64,000 nt of DNA, taken from Trypanosoma brucei (Eukaryota). Shown here piece by piece: positions 40,815 to 50,089 of the stretch (within the stretch, counting starts at the first letter, position 1; each line of letters opens with the position of its first letter). The translations under genes and the position numbers were made by a program. The notes under the pieces are model-generated. The model was given only the letters and a program-made list of their open reading frames with translations, did not search any database and was not told the origin of the DNA. The stretch lies in the NCBI GenBank assembly GCA_000002445.1, contig CH464491.1, forward strand, positions 1,504,001 to 1,568,000. The letters are read 5' to 3'.

Positions 40815-41603
40815 ATGAAGCGACTATTCCCTTCTGCAGGAGTGAGTGTTGTATTAACATCGTCTTCTATCGTGATGTCATGTCCTTGCAATCACATATT
40901 CATTTCGCGTCGTGCTTACTACTGGCCCTATAATGAGGATTTTGTACCCGAAGGTGCTGAAACAAGTAGGTTTCAGTCGAGTGGCTCCCCTGGCACGCGG
41001 CGCCGCGTACTTCAGGAGTATGCACTGAGTCCTCTCTTTGGTGCGCGTGTGCCTTGTTGTGTTGTGGGGACGCTGCGCACCGCAAAAGAAATAATCGTTC
41101 TTAAGCGAGACATTCAGTCACTTCTGTGCGAGCTTATGGAGTTACCGCAGGGAAGTGTTACTTTGGGTCCATTGCAGCAGATGAGGGAAATGATGCTGTA
41201 CAGGCACGGAACTTCACTCAGTCCACGATTAGGCGATGAGCGTCAACTGAACATGGACGCGTACGCTAGAAGGCCCATAGCGGCGCGCACTATGATGGAC
41301 GTGTTTCTTGCAGAGGATATGTCATTGGATGAAATTGTGAATTTTGGTCGCCTGTCATTGGGAAAGTTACAAATAGCCCTCAACAACTTGAGGAAGGAAA
41401 GTGCTGAAAAGAGTAGCGCAGATTGTGAGGACGGTAGTGCCGTTGAACCAGCCCAGTTGCTGGTGGATCGCATGGGAATATCATACTGTGAGATTCCTTC
41501 TTTAGATGAGAGTGACTACGTGTTTGAAGAAGTAGGTGGCGTTGCGGTGACTGATGAGGAGGCTGAACGGGTTGCTCAACGGTGGGCGGAACGTTGTGAG
41601 TAA
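40815..41603 (+). CDS. Hypothetical protein of about 262 aa.
   Basis: A long ORF in the PTU orientation. The first ATG is at 40815 (40785 is a TTG). I recognise no domain. Confidence 0.5.
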   Translation: MKRLFPSAGVSVVLTSSSIVMSCPCNHIFISRRAYYWPYNEDFVPEGAETSRFQSSGSPGTRRRVLQEYALSPLFGARVPCCVVGTLRTAKEIIVLKRDIQSLLCELMELPQGSVTLGPLQQMREMMLYRHGTSLSPRLGDERQLNMDAYARRPIAARTMMDVFLAEDMSLDEIVNFGRLSLGKLQIALNNLRKESAEKSSADCEDGSAVEPAQLLVDRMGISYCEIPSLDESDYVFEEVGGVAVTDEEAERVAQRWAERCE

Positions 41604-42022
41604 ATTTGGAAGGTATGCATACCGTTGTTATTTCCGCGTCATGACGGAGAATCGTATTTCTTAGTTTTTTTTTCACCTATTCGATGAGGTGCATTGTTTT
41701 GCTGCCATGTGCTTGCGCTCCTTTTTTTTCTCTGCAGCAAGGGAAGATGCTCGTGAAAAGTTTGCGCTGTGCTTGATTTCTCCTGAACGAAACATATTGT
41801 TGCTTTACTCTGCATGAAAAAGTTTGAAAACTCTGGTTTTCTTTTTTTAAAATAGGTTTATTAAAATTATATAATAAAGCGGTGATAAGTGATATAGGCT
41901 AATAGGAACGTGCGTGCGGGAAGAAGAGGAAATCATAATTACTACAGTAAACGGAGAGTCAAACAACTTCGCTGCGACGAAATTCAGAAGAGGCAACCAC
42001 GGATAAGTGAGAGGAGATTACA

Positions 42023-42700
42023 ATGTTGCAGTGTCTCACATATGCGCGAACATTTTACCCGTGCCACCTATTACTTTTAACCATATTGGTAGCGCAGGGT
42101 GCGAAGGGGTTTCGCTTCACAGTGAACCCTGGTCGGAAGTGTTTTACAGAAGAAGTCCCTGAAGCTGGGCGGTATTACCTCCAGTACAAAATGACGCGCA
42201 GCCTCACCCCATTTGTTGCCGTTGCCGTTACGACATCTGGTGGTGCATCGCTCGTGGTCCATAATGTGGCGAAAACGGACGCAAGAGAGATATTTGAGCT
42301 AAACCAAGACAGAAAGATAGCGATTTGTTTTAAGGTGTCACCAAAGGCTGTGCACTCTGCCACCTCAATGAACATTACGCTAGAGTTGATGGATGCAGAA
42401 GAAGCTGAGCTAACGCGGCAGAAAAGGCAAAGTTATAGTACCACAAATCCCACCGCGCTCGGCATTGGAAAAGCAAGTGGCGCGTTGCGGCAAATGCACT
42501 ACATTAGAGACACCACGACGCGCATTCGGTTTGATTTTCTGAGTCTTCTTGCAGTGGATGAAGACGTACGTTATTCCCTTAATGAAATGAATGCTGTGGC
42601 GTGGAATTATGTCTATGTCTTTGCTTTTGTATCATCAATCATATGCTGTGCTACGTACCTGCGCCTCCGCCACTTTTTCACGACCAAAAAGTACATTTGA
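42023..42700 (+). CDS. p24/emp24 (GOLD-domain) cargo-receptor-like type I membrane protein.
   Basis: It has an N-terminal signal peptide (LLLTILVAQGAKG), then FRFTVNPGRKCFTEEVPEAGRYYLQY, a GOLD-like beta region. A coiled segment, a single C-terminal TM (VYVFAFVSSIICCATYL) and a short basic tail (RLRHFFTTKKYI) follow. That is the p24 architecture. Confidence 0.6.
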   Translation: MLQCLTYARTFYPCHLLLLTILVAQGAKGFRFTVNPGRKCFTEEVPEAGRYYLQYKMTRSLTPFVAVAVTTSGGASLVVHNVAKTDAREIFELNQDRKIAICFKVSPKAVHSATSMNITLELMDAEEAELTRQKRQSYSTTNPTALGIGKASGALRQMHYIRDTTTRIRFDFLSLLAVDEDVRYSLNEMNAVAWNYVYVFAFVSSIICCATYLRLRHFFTTKKYI

Positions 42701-43536
42701 CAAATCCGCTCATGGCAGTTTTTTGATCATTTTAAAATTTCGTGTCACTTTTTTCGCGTTATATATACATATATATACTTAAAATTTTTTCTGTTTACAC
42801 GTATGTGTGCTTTTTTGTACCGGACTGCTGCACGAGACCTCACATTATCGCTTAAAAATGTAGTGGCAGGTGGAAAAAGTATCGAAATGGACGCGTGGAC
42901 GTGACGAAACCGGTAGTGCGTGTGTGCGGACACGGACTTTACATGCCTATATACAGTCATTATATTGACTTGTATATTATCGTTTACTTTTGATATTTTA
43001 TTTTGTTCTGACGATGCCCATTGCTTGCGTTCTTTTGGCGTAAGTTTTAACTGTTTTGCTTGGCCCTTTTATCGTTTTTTTAACCTTTCACTTCATTCTT
43101 TTTCCTTTTAGCGGTGAACAAATCTCGCTAAGCATTCCTGGTGGCTCTTTCAGTTACCGCAGGTGCTTGTATATTTATATACACATATTTTTTTTAAACC
43201 TATACTTGGTATTAAAAAAAAAAAAACAGTCTTTCGATGCAGGATTGGGAGTGGACGAAGCTGTTGCCTTGGTAAATGACCTCTGGTGAGACGATAGAGC
43301 AAAACTTCTGTCGACATCTTTCCTTCCTCCTGCTCTGCATAAACATGCTTATGTTTTTGTGTGTCTTATGCGTGGTGTGGCGTGATTTAGAAGGATATTC
43401 TTTTGTTCTACTTTTACTATCTTTTTCGCCCGTGTGTGTGTGATATAGTGCATTCCTCTCCCTCCTTCTTACTCTAATTTTTCATGTGCTTCTTTTTCTG
43501 CTCCGCGTATATGAATTACTGTACGTAACTACCGCT

Positions 43537-46227
43537 ATGAGTAGAGGGTGGTACGAGAATATACTCGCTTGTTGTTGTAATAAGGTGTTTCTTGCCAGTT
43601 GCGTGGCTACATCTTTCTTTCCCTTTTTATTCCTTTGGCAGGAGTGTCCATCGCCATACGTTGTGCTACTTTCGGTTCGCACGGACATGAAAAATCTTTC
43701 AATCTTCTCCGCAAGAAGGGATGACAGTCTCTCTGCTTTCTTTTGGACTGATTCTCTGATAAAATCCTGTGGGAATATCGGGAGCAGCGGGATTCATGCG
43801 TCGGTCACCTCCAAACAGAAAAAGAGTCCTGCAGCGAGTACGGATAGGAAGCGTCGCCGCTCAACTGAATTTTCCACTGAAACACTCCTGATCGCAGAAA
43901 CACCGGTGACAACTGCTTCGAAAAACACTGTTCTTACGCCCTCGGCTTCAAGAGCCCTCTCACCACCCGTTGCCAGTGGCCCTTCATGCGCTGAAATTTC
44001 GGTACGCGGTTTCGACGATGCTCTCAGCGTTAGTGAGGATTTGTTTGAGGGAAGGTTGGGGCCAGCCGTTGTTGACGTGGAGCTGGGTGAAAACACGTCT
44101 CTGATGAATGATGCGTCGGCGTTCTCTGCAGCACTGGCGGAAATAGACAGGGGAAGTGCAAGCGACGTGCAAAAACTGAACTCTTCCATTAAAGTTATGC
44201 TTCTTGTTGGTGGTGAAGCGTATTACGTATTTACGCCTCGTGACACGTTTTCTATTACCTTCTTAGCGAAACTGCTCGCTTCGGAGAATGTGACAAAGGT
44301 TTTGTTGAATGGACGACCTTTGTATCAATTACTATTTCGTTTTCTGGGTACAGATCGCATTGACGTGAGGAACCTTGTGGATCTTTCAGTTTGGGTACAA
44401 GTAATTGAACGTGTACGTGGACCTATTCATGCCGGAATCAAATGTGCTAACCCGAAAGAGGCTATGATGAAACTCCCAGAAAGTGTGAGAGCGCAAATCC
44501 AAACTCGGGTGAACAACTCGATGGTGGTACTGAGACATGGAGGTAGTTTGCCGGCAGATGGTCCGTTAAGACAGGGTGGTGGAGGTCAGAACATGCTTGA
44601 AATGCCCCCGCTGCCGTCAATAGGCTCTATTTCGGACTCGCAAATGGAGGATCGTCTTTGCTCTTCTATGGCCCTTCACGAGTATTATGAGAGCTTCGTT
44701 AAATCAGTTGATGACGACAACCCGAAGGTCTCATCTGTTTGTTCACTTCCTGCCGTTTGCCGCCTTGAAACTAGTGTAGCATTTTTGTGCGAAGTCATGA
44801 CATATCACGGTATGTTTGTGAGGAAGACTGCCTTTGAATTGATGACAAAGGATTTGGAGGATCAGATTGAAAAAATTAGTGACTATGGGAAGACCTTACT
44901 TGACGCAAGCCCATGTTCCAAGTATTCCGGAGGGTGTTTTAGCGTGAGGGAGGCAACGGCAGAAGTGATGGTTGATTGCTTGCGAGATACATACGGCTAC
45001 AATCTTTCCGTTAACGGCAGCTTTGACAAGCAACTCCAAAAACTTTATCGTGGCGCCGGCAAAGGAAATGAGTCGGGAAGAAAGTTGGCCCATGTATGGT
45101 TGGCTATTCGTGAGCGCACTGATTTTATGCGAACTCTCAGAAGCAACGTGGAAAATATGAATATGTTAGACCGCATCGTTGACGTTGCGACACAAGTTGC
45201 TTCGAACGAAGAGGATGAGGGTGCGAATGACTGCTCAGGCAGCGGTGGGAGTAGTGTGGGGAGTACAAAAAAAGCAGTCTGTTACTCTGTACATCCTCAC
45301 TGGGCCGTTCATCACACTTCGACGGGACGATTGTACTGTTCTCGACCCAATCTGCAAACTGTTCCCAAAACGGCACAAAAATGCACCTACGTAAGTCCCC
45401 TCACATCTGATTATGGGTTGTTGTTCACAAACCCTGAGTGGACAATGCGACACTTGTACGGTCCAGCACCTGGGTGCGTACTTCTTTCGTTCGATTTCAA
45501 CCAAATGGAGTTGCGCGTGTTGGCACATCTGAGCGGGGACGAGTTGCTCATTAAGCACTTGTCAAGTGAATACGACGTGCTATCAGCGATGACACGGCAC
45601 ATTACTGGTCTTAGTGATGATGAGCAGGTTCCGCCACACCTCAGAGAAACAGTCAAAGTTGTTGTCTACGGCTTATTTTACGGTATGGGCTTAGCGACAA
45701 TGAAGGAACGCGTGAAAATTTTGATGGACTCAGCACACTCAGTTCCGTCTAGTCAACGAAAATTTACCGCCGACACCTTACTACGTGCGTTTCATCAGCG
45801 TTACCCGGCTGCAGGAAAGTTTTTAACACGCGCACGCATCCGTGCGTTTCATGAGGCGCGTTGCGTTACCCTCACGGGTATCAACGACTTGTCGAGTGAG
45901 AAGGACGGCAATCGGCGAAGGCAGCACTCAATCGCTCGTATACTTCAGGGTAGTTCTTCCACGTTGTTTCAAAGTGCCATGGTGAAGGTTCACGAAAGGC
46001 GTCACGACATTGTTCCTAACCTACCTGCGGCCCCCTTCGCCCTTGTCTTGTGCATTCACGATGAACTCATATATTCTGTGGTTGAGGGGTACGTGGATGT
46101 TGTAGCAAGGAAAATAAAGGGGATAATGGTGGAGCAGGCGCAAGTATTTTCGTTGCGGGTCCCCTTACGAGTTTCAGTGAAGGTTGGAAAAACGTTCGGT
46201 TCACTCGAGAAACTTGATGTTCCTTAA
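43537..46227 (+). CDS. Family A (Pol I/Pol theta-like) DNA polymerase; polymerase domain only, with no recognisable 3'-5' exonuclease.
   Basis: Motif A is LSFDFNQMELRVLAHLSGDELL. Motif B is RETVKVVVYGLFYGMG. Motif C is LCIHDELIYSV. The N-terminal ~250 aa are Ser-rich low complexity. The first ATG is at 43537 (43486 is a GTG). Confidence 0.85.
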   Translation: MSRGWYENILACCCNKVFLASCVATSFFPFLFLWQECPSPYVVLLSVRTDMKNLSIFSARRDDSLSAFFWTDSLIKSCGNIGSSGIHASVTSKQKKSPAASTDRKRRRSTEFSTETLLIAETPVTTASKNTVLTPSASRALSPPVASGPSCAEISVRGFDDALSVSEDLFEGRLGPAVVDVELGENTSLMNDASAFSAALAEIDRGSASDVQKLNSSIKVMLLVGGEAYYVFTPRDTFSITFLAKLLASENVTKVLLNGRPLYQLLFRFLGTDRIDVRNLVDLSVWVQVIERVRGPIHAGIKCANPKEAMMKLPESVRAQIQTRVNNSMVVLRHGGSLPADGPLRQGGGGQNMLEMPPLPSIGSISDSQMEDRLCSSMALHEYYESFVKSVDDDNPKVSSVCSLPAVCRLETSVAFLCEVMTYHGMFVRKTAFELMTKDLEDQIEKISDYGKTLLDASPCSKYSGGCFSVREATAEVMVDCLRDTYGYNLSVNGSFDKQLQKLYRGAGKGNESGRKLAHVWLAIRERTDFMRTLRSNVENMNMLDRIVDVATQVASNEEDEGANDCSGSGGSSVGSTKKAVCYSVHPHWAVHHTSTGRLYCSRPNLQTVPKTAQKCTYVSPLTSDYGLLFTNPEWTMRHLYGPAPGCVLLSFDFNQMELRVLAHLSGDELLIKHLSSEYDVLSAMTRHITGLSDDEQVPPHLRETVKVVVYGLFYGMGLATMKERVKILMDSAHSVPSSQRKFTADTLLRAFHQRYPAAGKFLTRARIRAFHEARCVTLTGINDLSSEKDGNRRRQHSIARILQGSSSTLFQSAMVKVHERRHDIVPNLPAAPFALVLCIHDELIYSVVEGYVDVVARKIKGIMVEQAQVFSLRVPLRVSVKVGKTFGSLEKLDVP

Positions 46228-47039
46228 GTAACGTTGCTACGTTCTCACAATCGGCCTATAAATGCACAGCATTGACTGTGCGTTCTCACCGTCTCTTACC
46301 GATTTATGGTTTAAAACTAATCATCTTTTGTGTGTACACTTCACCAACATCTATATATACATATATCCCTTTCAGTGAACAATCACTTGTGTATATGCGC
46401 ATATGGGTAGAATAATGGAAAAGAGTTCGTTTGTTTTGCGGTCTCGTACTTCGTTGTTCCTTTTGTTGTTGTTGTTATTGTTGTGGGGAAACAATGGTAC
46501 CTTTGATGTTTCCTTTCACTTGTCCTTTTGAGTCACGGGGTAGAAGAAACGAAGTGAGTAGAGACTGAGAATATTTCATCGACTGTTCACGCGTACAGGG
46601 TTGAAATAAAAGGAATAATCCCTTTTTCCTTTGTTTCTTCTTTCCTACATAACATCCGTTTTCATTGTGTGTGTCTGTGTGTGTGTGTCAGCTCAGTTGT
46701 GGTATTGACAAAGGATTGGAACAGAAACAGGAATGACAACACTAGTGGGTTACTATAACAACGGACCGAAGTACATTGCAGGGGAGTTGTCCTTTTATTC
46801 ATTCATCCCCAATATATATTTTTAGATTTTTTCACCTCTCACACATCTTTTGTGAACAAGATCATGGATGCGATTCACCAACATGTATTATCTGTTTCTT
46901 ATTTTTTGTTTATCCGACTTTTAACGAAAAACTTTACATGAAACACTAAAAAAAAAATGCAATACGAGAGGCGGAAGAAATATCGTTGGAGGAAGTAGGA
47001 GCGACAGAAGAAAATTTAATAGGAAGGCTCTACAGCCAA

Positions 47040-49298
47040 ATGATGCCAGTATTCGGCCCACCCCCCTCGCCGGTGGTAATGGGACCGGCCCCACCACCAG
47101 CCACACATCCACCACGTAATCCCATTTACAACAGCGTTTTTGGGGCGTTTTTGTCAGAGCAACAAAAACAAGCAGTTTCACCATTACCGAGCCCCAACAG
47201 AATGCCCTTTTCAAACTTCACCCTAGGGGGTCCTGAGAATTCCGGAACCAAAGCGGAAGTAACGGGAAGTGAAATTTCAAAGCCAGTATTTGCTGCTCCC
47301 TCTGCCACACCAACACTGTGGCTGCAAACGGACACCGATGTCGGGATGCCTGCAGGTATTGATCGTGCCCTACCGGCTGTCAGAATGGGAACCACGAACA
47401 CGAGTTTCCCACCAGTGTTCACCACACAAAGACCGCAGACAGCCGGCGCCTCTGGTGGTGGGTTTCTGCTCGGTGCAGATAGTGGCCCGACTCCAGCCAA
47501 AACAGGCGCTGGTTCTCCTGAAGCAGATATGAATGCATCGACAAGAATGGTCTCACCAAAGCCTTCCATCTTCACTAGTCCTCCCTTTTTGAAGGGGAAA
47601 CCGTTGATGCCTCAAATCACGCAGAAACATACGGGTGGTGACGCCTCATCAACTTCGATTCTTGGGGCGAATAGGCCTTCGGTGTTTTCTTCCAAAAGGA
47701 ATTTCAGTTCGATGGAAGTTTCCGGACGCTCCCCCACTCTAAAACCAGTGGTGGCCGGAGCCGGCTCTGTTTTTGCCGACGCGAAACGTGTGAGGGGTGA
47801 AACCCTCGAGTGTGGGAAAGGCGTGGACGCAGCGTGGTCCGCATATGGGCCACAACAAAACGGTGGAGGTACTTTTTCTGCTGCTGCGGTCCGATCGCCG
47901 GCACCAACTGGCACTTCAGTATCTCTTTTCAATCGCAGTTCGCAGATGCAGAAGCAGCACGGTGGCGGTAACACGGCAAAAATCATGAAGGTCGTACGTG
48001 TCTTTTCATCGTTTATGATAAATGTAATGAACGCCGATGAGGCACAGCGTGAAGTGGTGGAAGAGTTCATCGAAGAGGCCTTCTTTGGCACAGTGGAATC
48101 TCACGATGTGGATAATTTTCCAGCAGCCCTACGGCAGTTACAGTCCGCATGGATCGCGCTAAAGGGAAGTCAGTCACAACTGAAGGGAGAGCGATGGGTT
48201 GTGCTTTTTGCTCTCGGTTCTCACCTGAACGTTGTTACCCGAACCATCCAAAAGGAGGAGGAAGTGAACGGTAACGAAGAGAAGGAAGGGACGAAGGTGT
48301 TAGGTGGAGCTGTTCGTCATGATATTTGGAATGTTTTGTCGGACAGCTGTACACACGCGAATCTTTTGTGTGAGATTTGTCTGCAGCTATTCTCCAACCA
48401 GCGCGACAATCACGTGCCTTACTGCATCCTCCCTATTGTACTACGTAGGGCACGTAGCGTATTTGAACTCGCATGTAACAATGGCGTTTCCACGGTCCAG
48501 TCTAACATGAGGTCTGTGCTTCTTAAACTTCATCGGTACGTCCGCGTGGCACCACCGAAGCGACAGTTATCCACTGTTGTCGAAAAACAGCGCGCCGTTG
48601 CATTCGCCGCACTACTCAGTGAAATGATGCTTTACGGATCTGCCCCACCAGAGAGCAGCGCCTTCGTTGAGGCCTTTCATCAGCATTGTATGGACGCGGT
48701 AAAAATTAGGTGCGCGTTATACCGCCATTGTGCTGATAACCTTCTACAAGAACCTCTTACTGATTCCATTATCGTTCAAGCGATGGAACTTTTGGCACGC
48801 GCCTTTGTTATTGTTGATGATGAAGCTATAGAAAATAAGCGAATGTTGTTTGTGAAGCTCACAGCCTGTGCGTTGGCACTGGGTCGCGTTCCAGTTGCTG
48901 ATTTCCAGCAAGCATTTGTTGCTACTGGTCTTGAAGATTTGATCGTTGCTGTGCGTAGTTGCAACATTCGTCTCTTTAATGTTGCAATGAGGAACAATTC
49001 AGAGCTTTACGTGCGGTGTGGTATCCACAATGTATTGCAGTTTGTGTCAAAGCGTATATCACTTCTGATGGTTGTGAAGTATTATTCAACGTGTTTCTCT
49101 GATCGCATTCAAGTGCAGGATATGATTGATTATTACCAGCTGCCGTACAATGTTTCGGAAGGGTGCAATGTGTGGTTACTTCCTCTTCTGGTCGAGAAAC
49201 GTATAAATGGTGTGATCGAAAGTGGTGTTCTCATTCTCAGTAACGCGAATCCGTTTGACGACTACAGTAAGGATGCAATTCGCGCTTTCGTTGAATAA
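47040..49298 (+). CDS. Hypothetical protein of about 750 aa with a Pro/Ser/Gly-rich N-terminus and a helical C-terminal two-thirds.
   Basis: A long ORF. The first ATG is at 47040 (46986 is a TTG). The N-terminal 330 aa are low complexity (PPPSP, FG/SG-containing). The C-terminal part is Leu-rich and helical. I cannot assign a family with confidence. Confidence 0.55.
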   Translation: MMPVFGPPPSPVVMGPAPPPATHPPRNPIYNSVFGAFLSEQQKQAVSPLPSPNRMPFSNFTLGGPENSGTKAEVTGSEISKPVFAAPSATPTLWLQTDTDVGMPAGIDRALPAVRMGTTNTSFPPVFTTQRPQTAGASGGGFLLGADSGPTPAKTGAGSPEADMNASTRMVSPKPSIFTSPPFLKGKPLMPQITQKHTGGDASSTSILGANRPSVFSSKRNFSSMEVSGRSPTLKPVVAGAGSVFADAKRVRGETLECGKGVDAAWSAYGPQQNGGGTFSAAAVRSPAPTGTSVSLFNRSSQMQKQHGGGNTAKIMKVVRVFSSFMINVMNADEAQREVVEEFIEEAFFGTVESHDVDNFPAALRQLQSAWIALKGSQSQLKGERWVVLFALGSHLNVVTRTIQKEEEVNGNEEKEGTKVLGGAVRHDIWNVLSDSCTHANLLCEICLQLFSNQRDNHVPYCILPIVLRRARSVFELACNNGVSTVQSNMRSVLLKLHRYVRVAPPKRQLSTVVEKQRAVAFAALLSEMMLYGSAPPESSAFVEAFHQHCMDAVKIRCALYRHCADNLLQEPLTDSIIVQAMELLARAFVIVDDEAIENKRMLFVKLTACALALGRVPVADFQQAFVATGLEDLIVAVRSCNIRLFNVAMRNNSELYVRCGIHNVLQFVSKRISLLMVVKYYSTCFSDRIQVQDMIDYYQLPYNVSEGCNVWLLPLLVEKRINGVIESGVLILSNANPFDDYSKDAIRAFVE

Positions 49299-49790
49299 GC
49301 AAGTTTCAAGATTAGATCAGCATGTGACGACGACCCGTAGTTCACGCACCGCTCCTTTTCTGCTCCCCTCCTCACCGTAAGTGAGCGTGTATGGGTTGGG
49401 CGAGAAAAAAAAGACAATTAAAAGGTATGCGTCCTCTCCCGTTGAAAGGAAGGGTAGGGGCTACCTAAAGTTTCTACAGCTTAGCACCACAGCAGCGAGG
49501 AGTTTACTTCAACAACAACTCTAACTACTTTTTGCAACATTATGAGTGTCCGCTATATGGATATTATAAAAAGGAAAGTTGTGGAATGGCGAGTTGTGGC
49601 ATATCGGACGATACGTTTATGTCCAAGCTTTCACTGAGCTGCGGTGGACTTCATGTTTTTGGGTCATATCCATTTGTGTTATCCACCTCTAACTGGTCAA
49701 TGGGGATATGGGTTGTGTGGCTCCTTCCAACTTTTACTTTCTTACTTCGTACAATTTGTATAGGCGTTTGCCTTCCCTAACGTTATTATA

Positions 49791-49836
49791 ACATCTCCTC
49801 CTTATCTTTTTTTTGTACTCTTGCCTTCGCTGCACC
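49791..49836 (+). promoter_or_regulatory. Polypyrimidine tract upstream of MCM5; a candidate trans-splicing signal.
   Basis: catctcctccttatcttttttttgtactcttgccttcgctgcaccg seen directly; function inferred. Confidence 0.35.
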
Positions 49837-50089
49837 GTGGTGGTGGGGGTATTGTTCTTCCGCCTACTCGATATGGTGAATTTACGCGATGCACGTGTAT
49901 GCGAACCATTTCTTAATTAGAACGTGAACACACACCGAAAAGAGAGCGTAGCACTCATACACTTTTCCTGTTAGGTGGGTAGGAGGTATCAAGTGGGCGA
50001 GAAGCGTCCCTTGCGATCGTTTTGTGTGTGGTTGTGGAACTCGTGTTTAATTTTGCACAGGAAACGTACTTTAGTGGTTAGTGGAGCAG

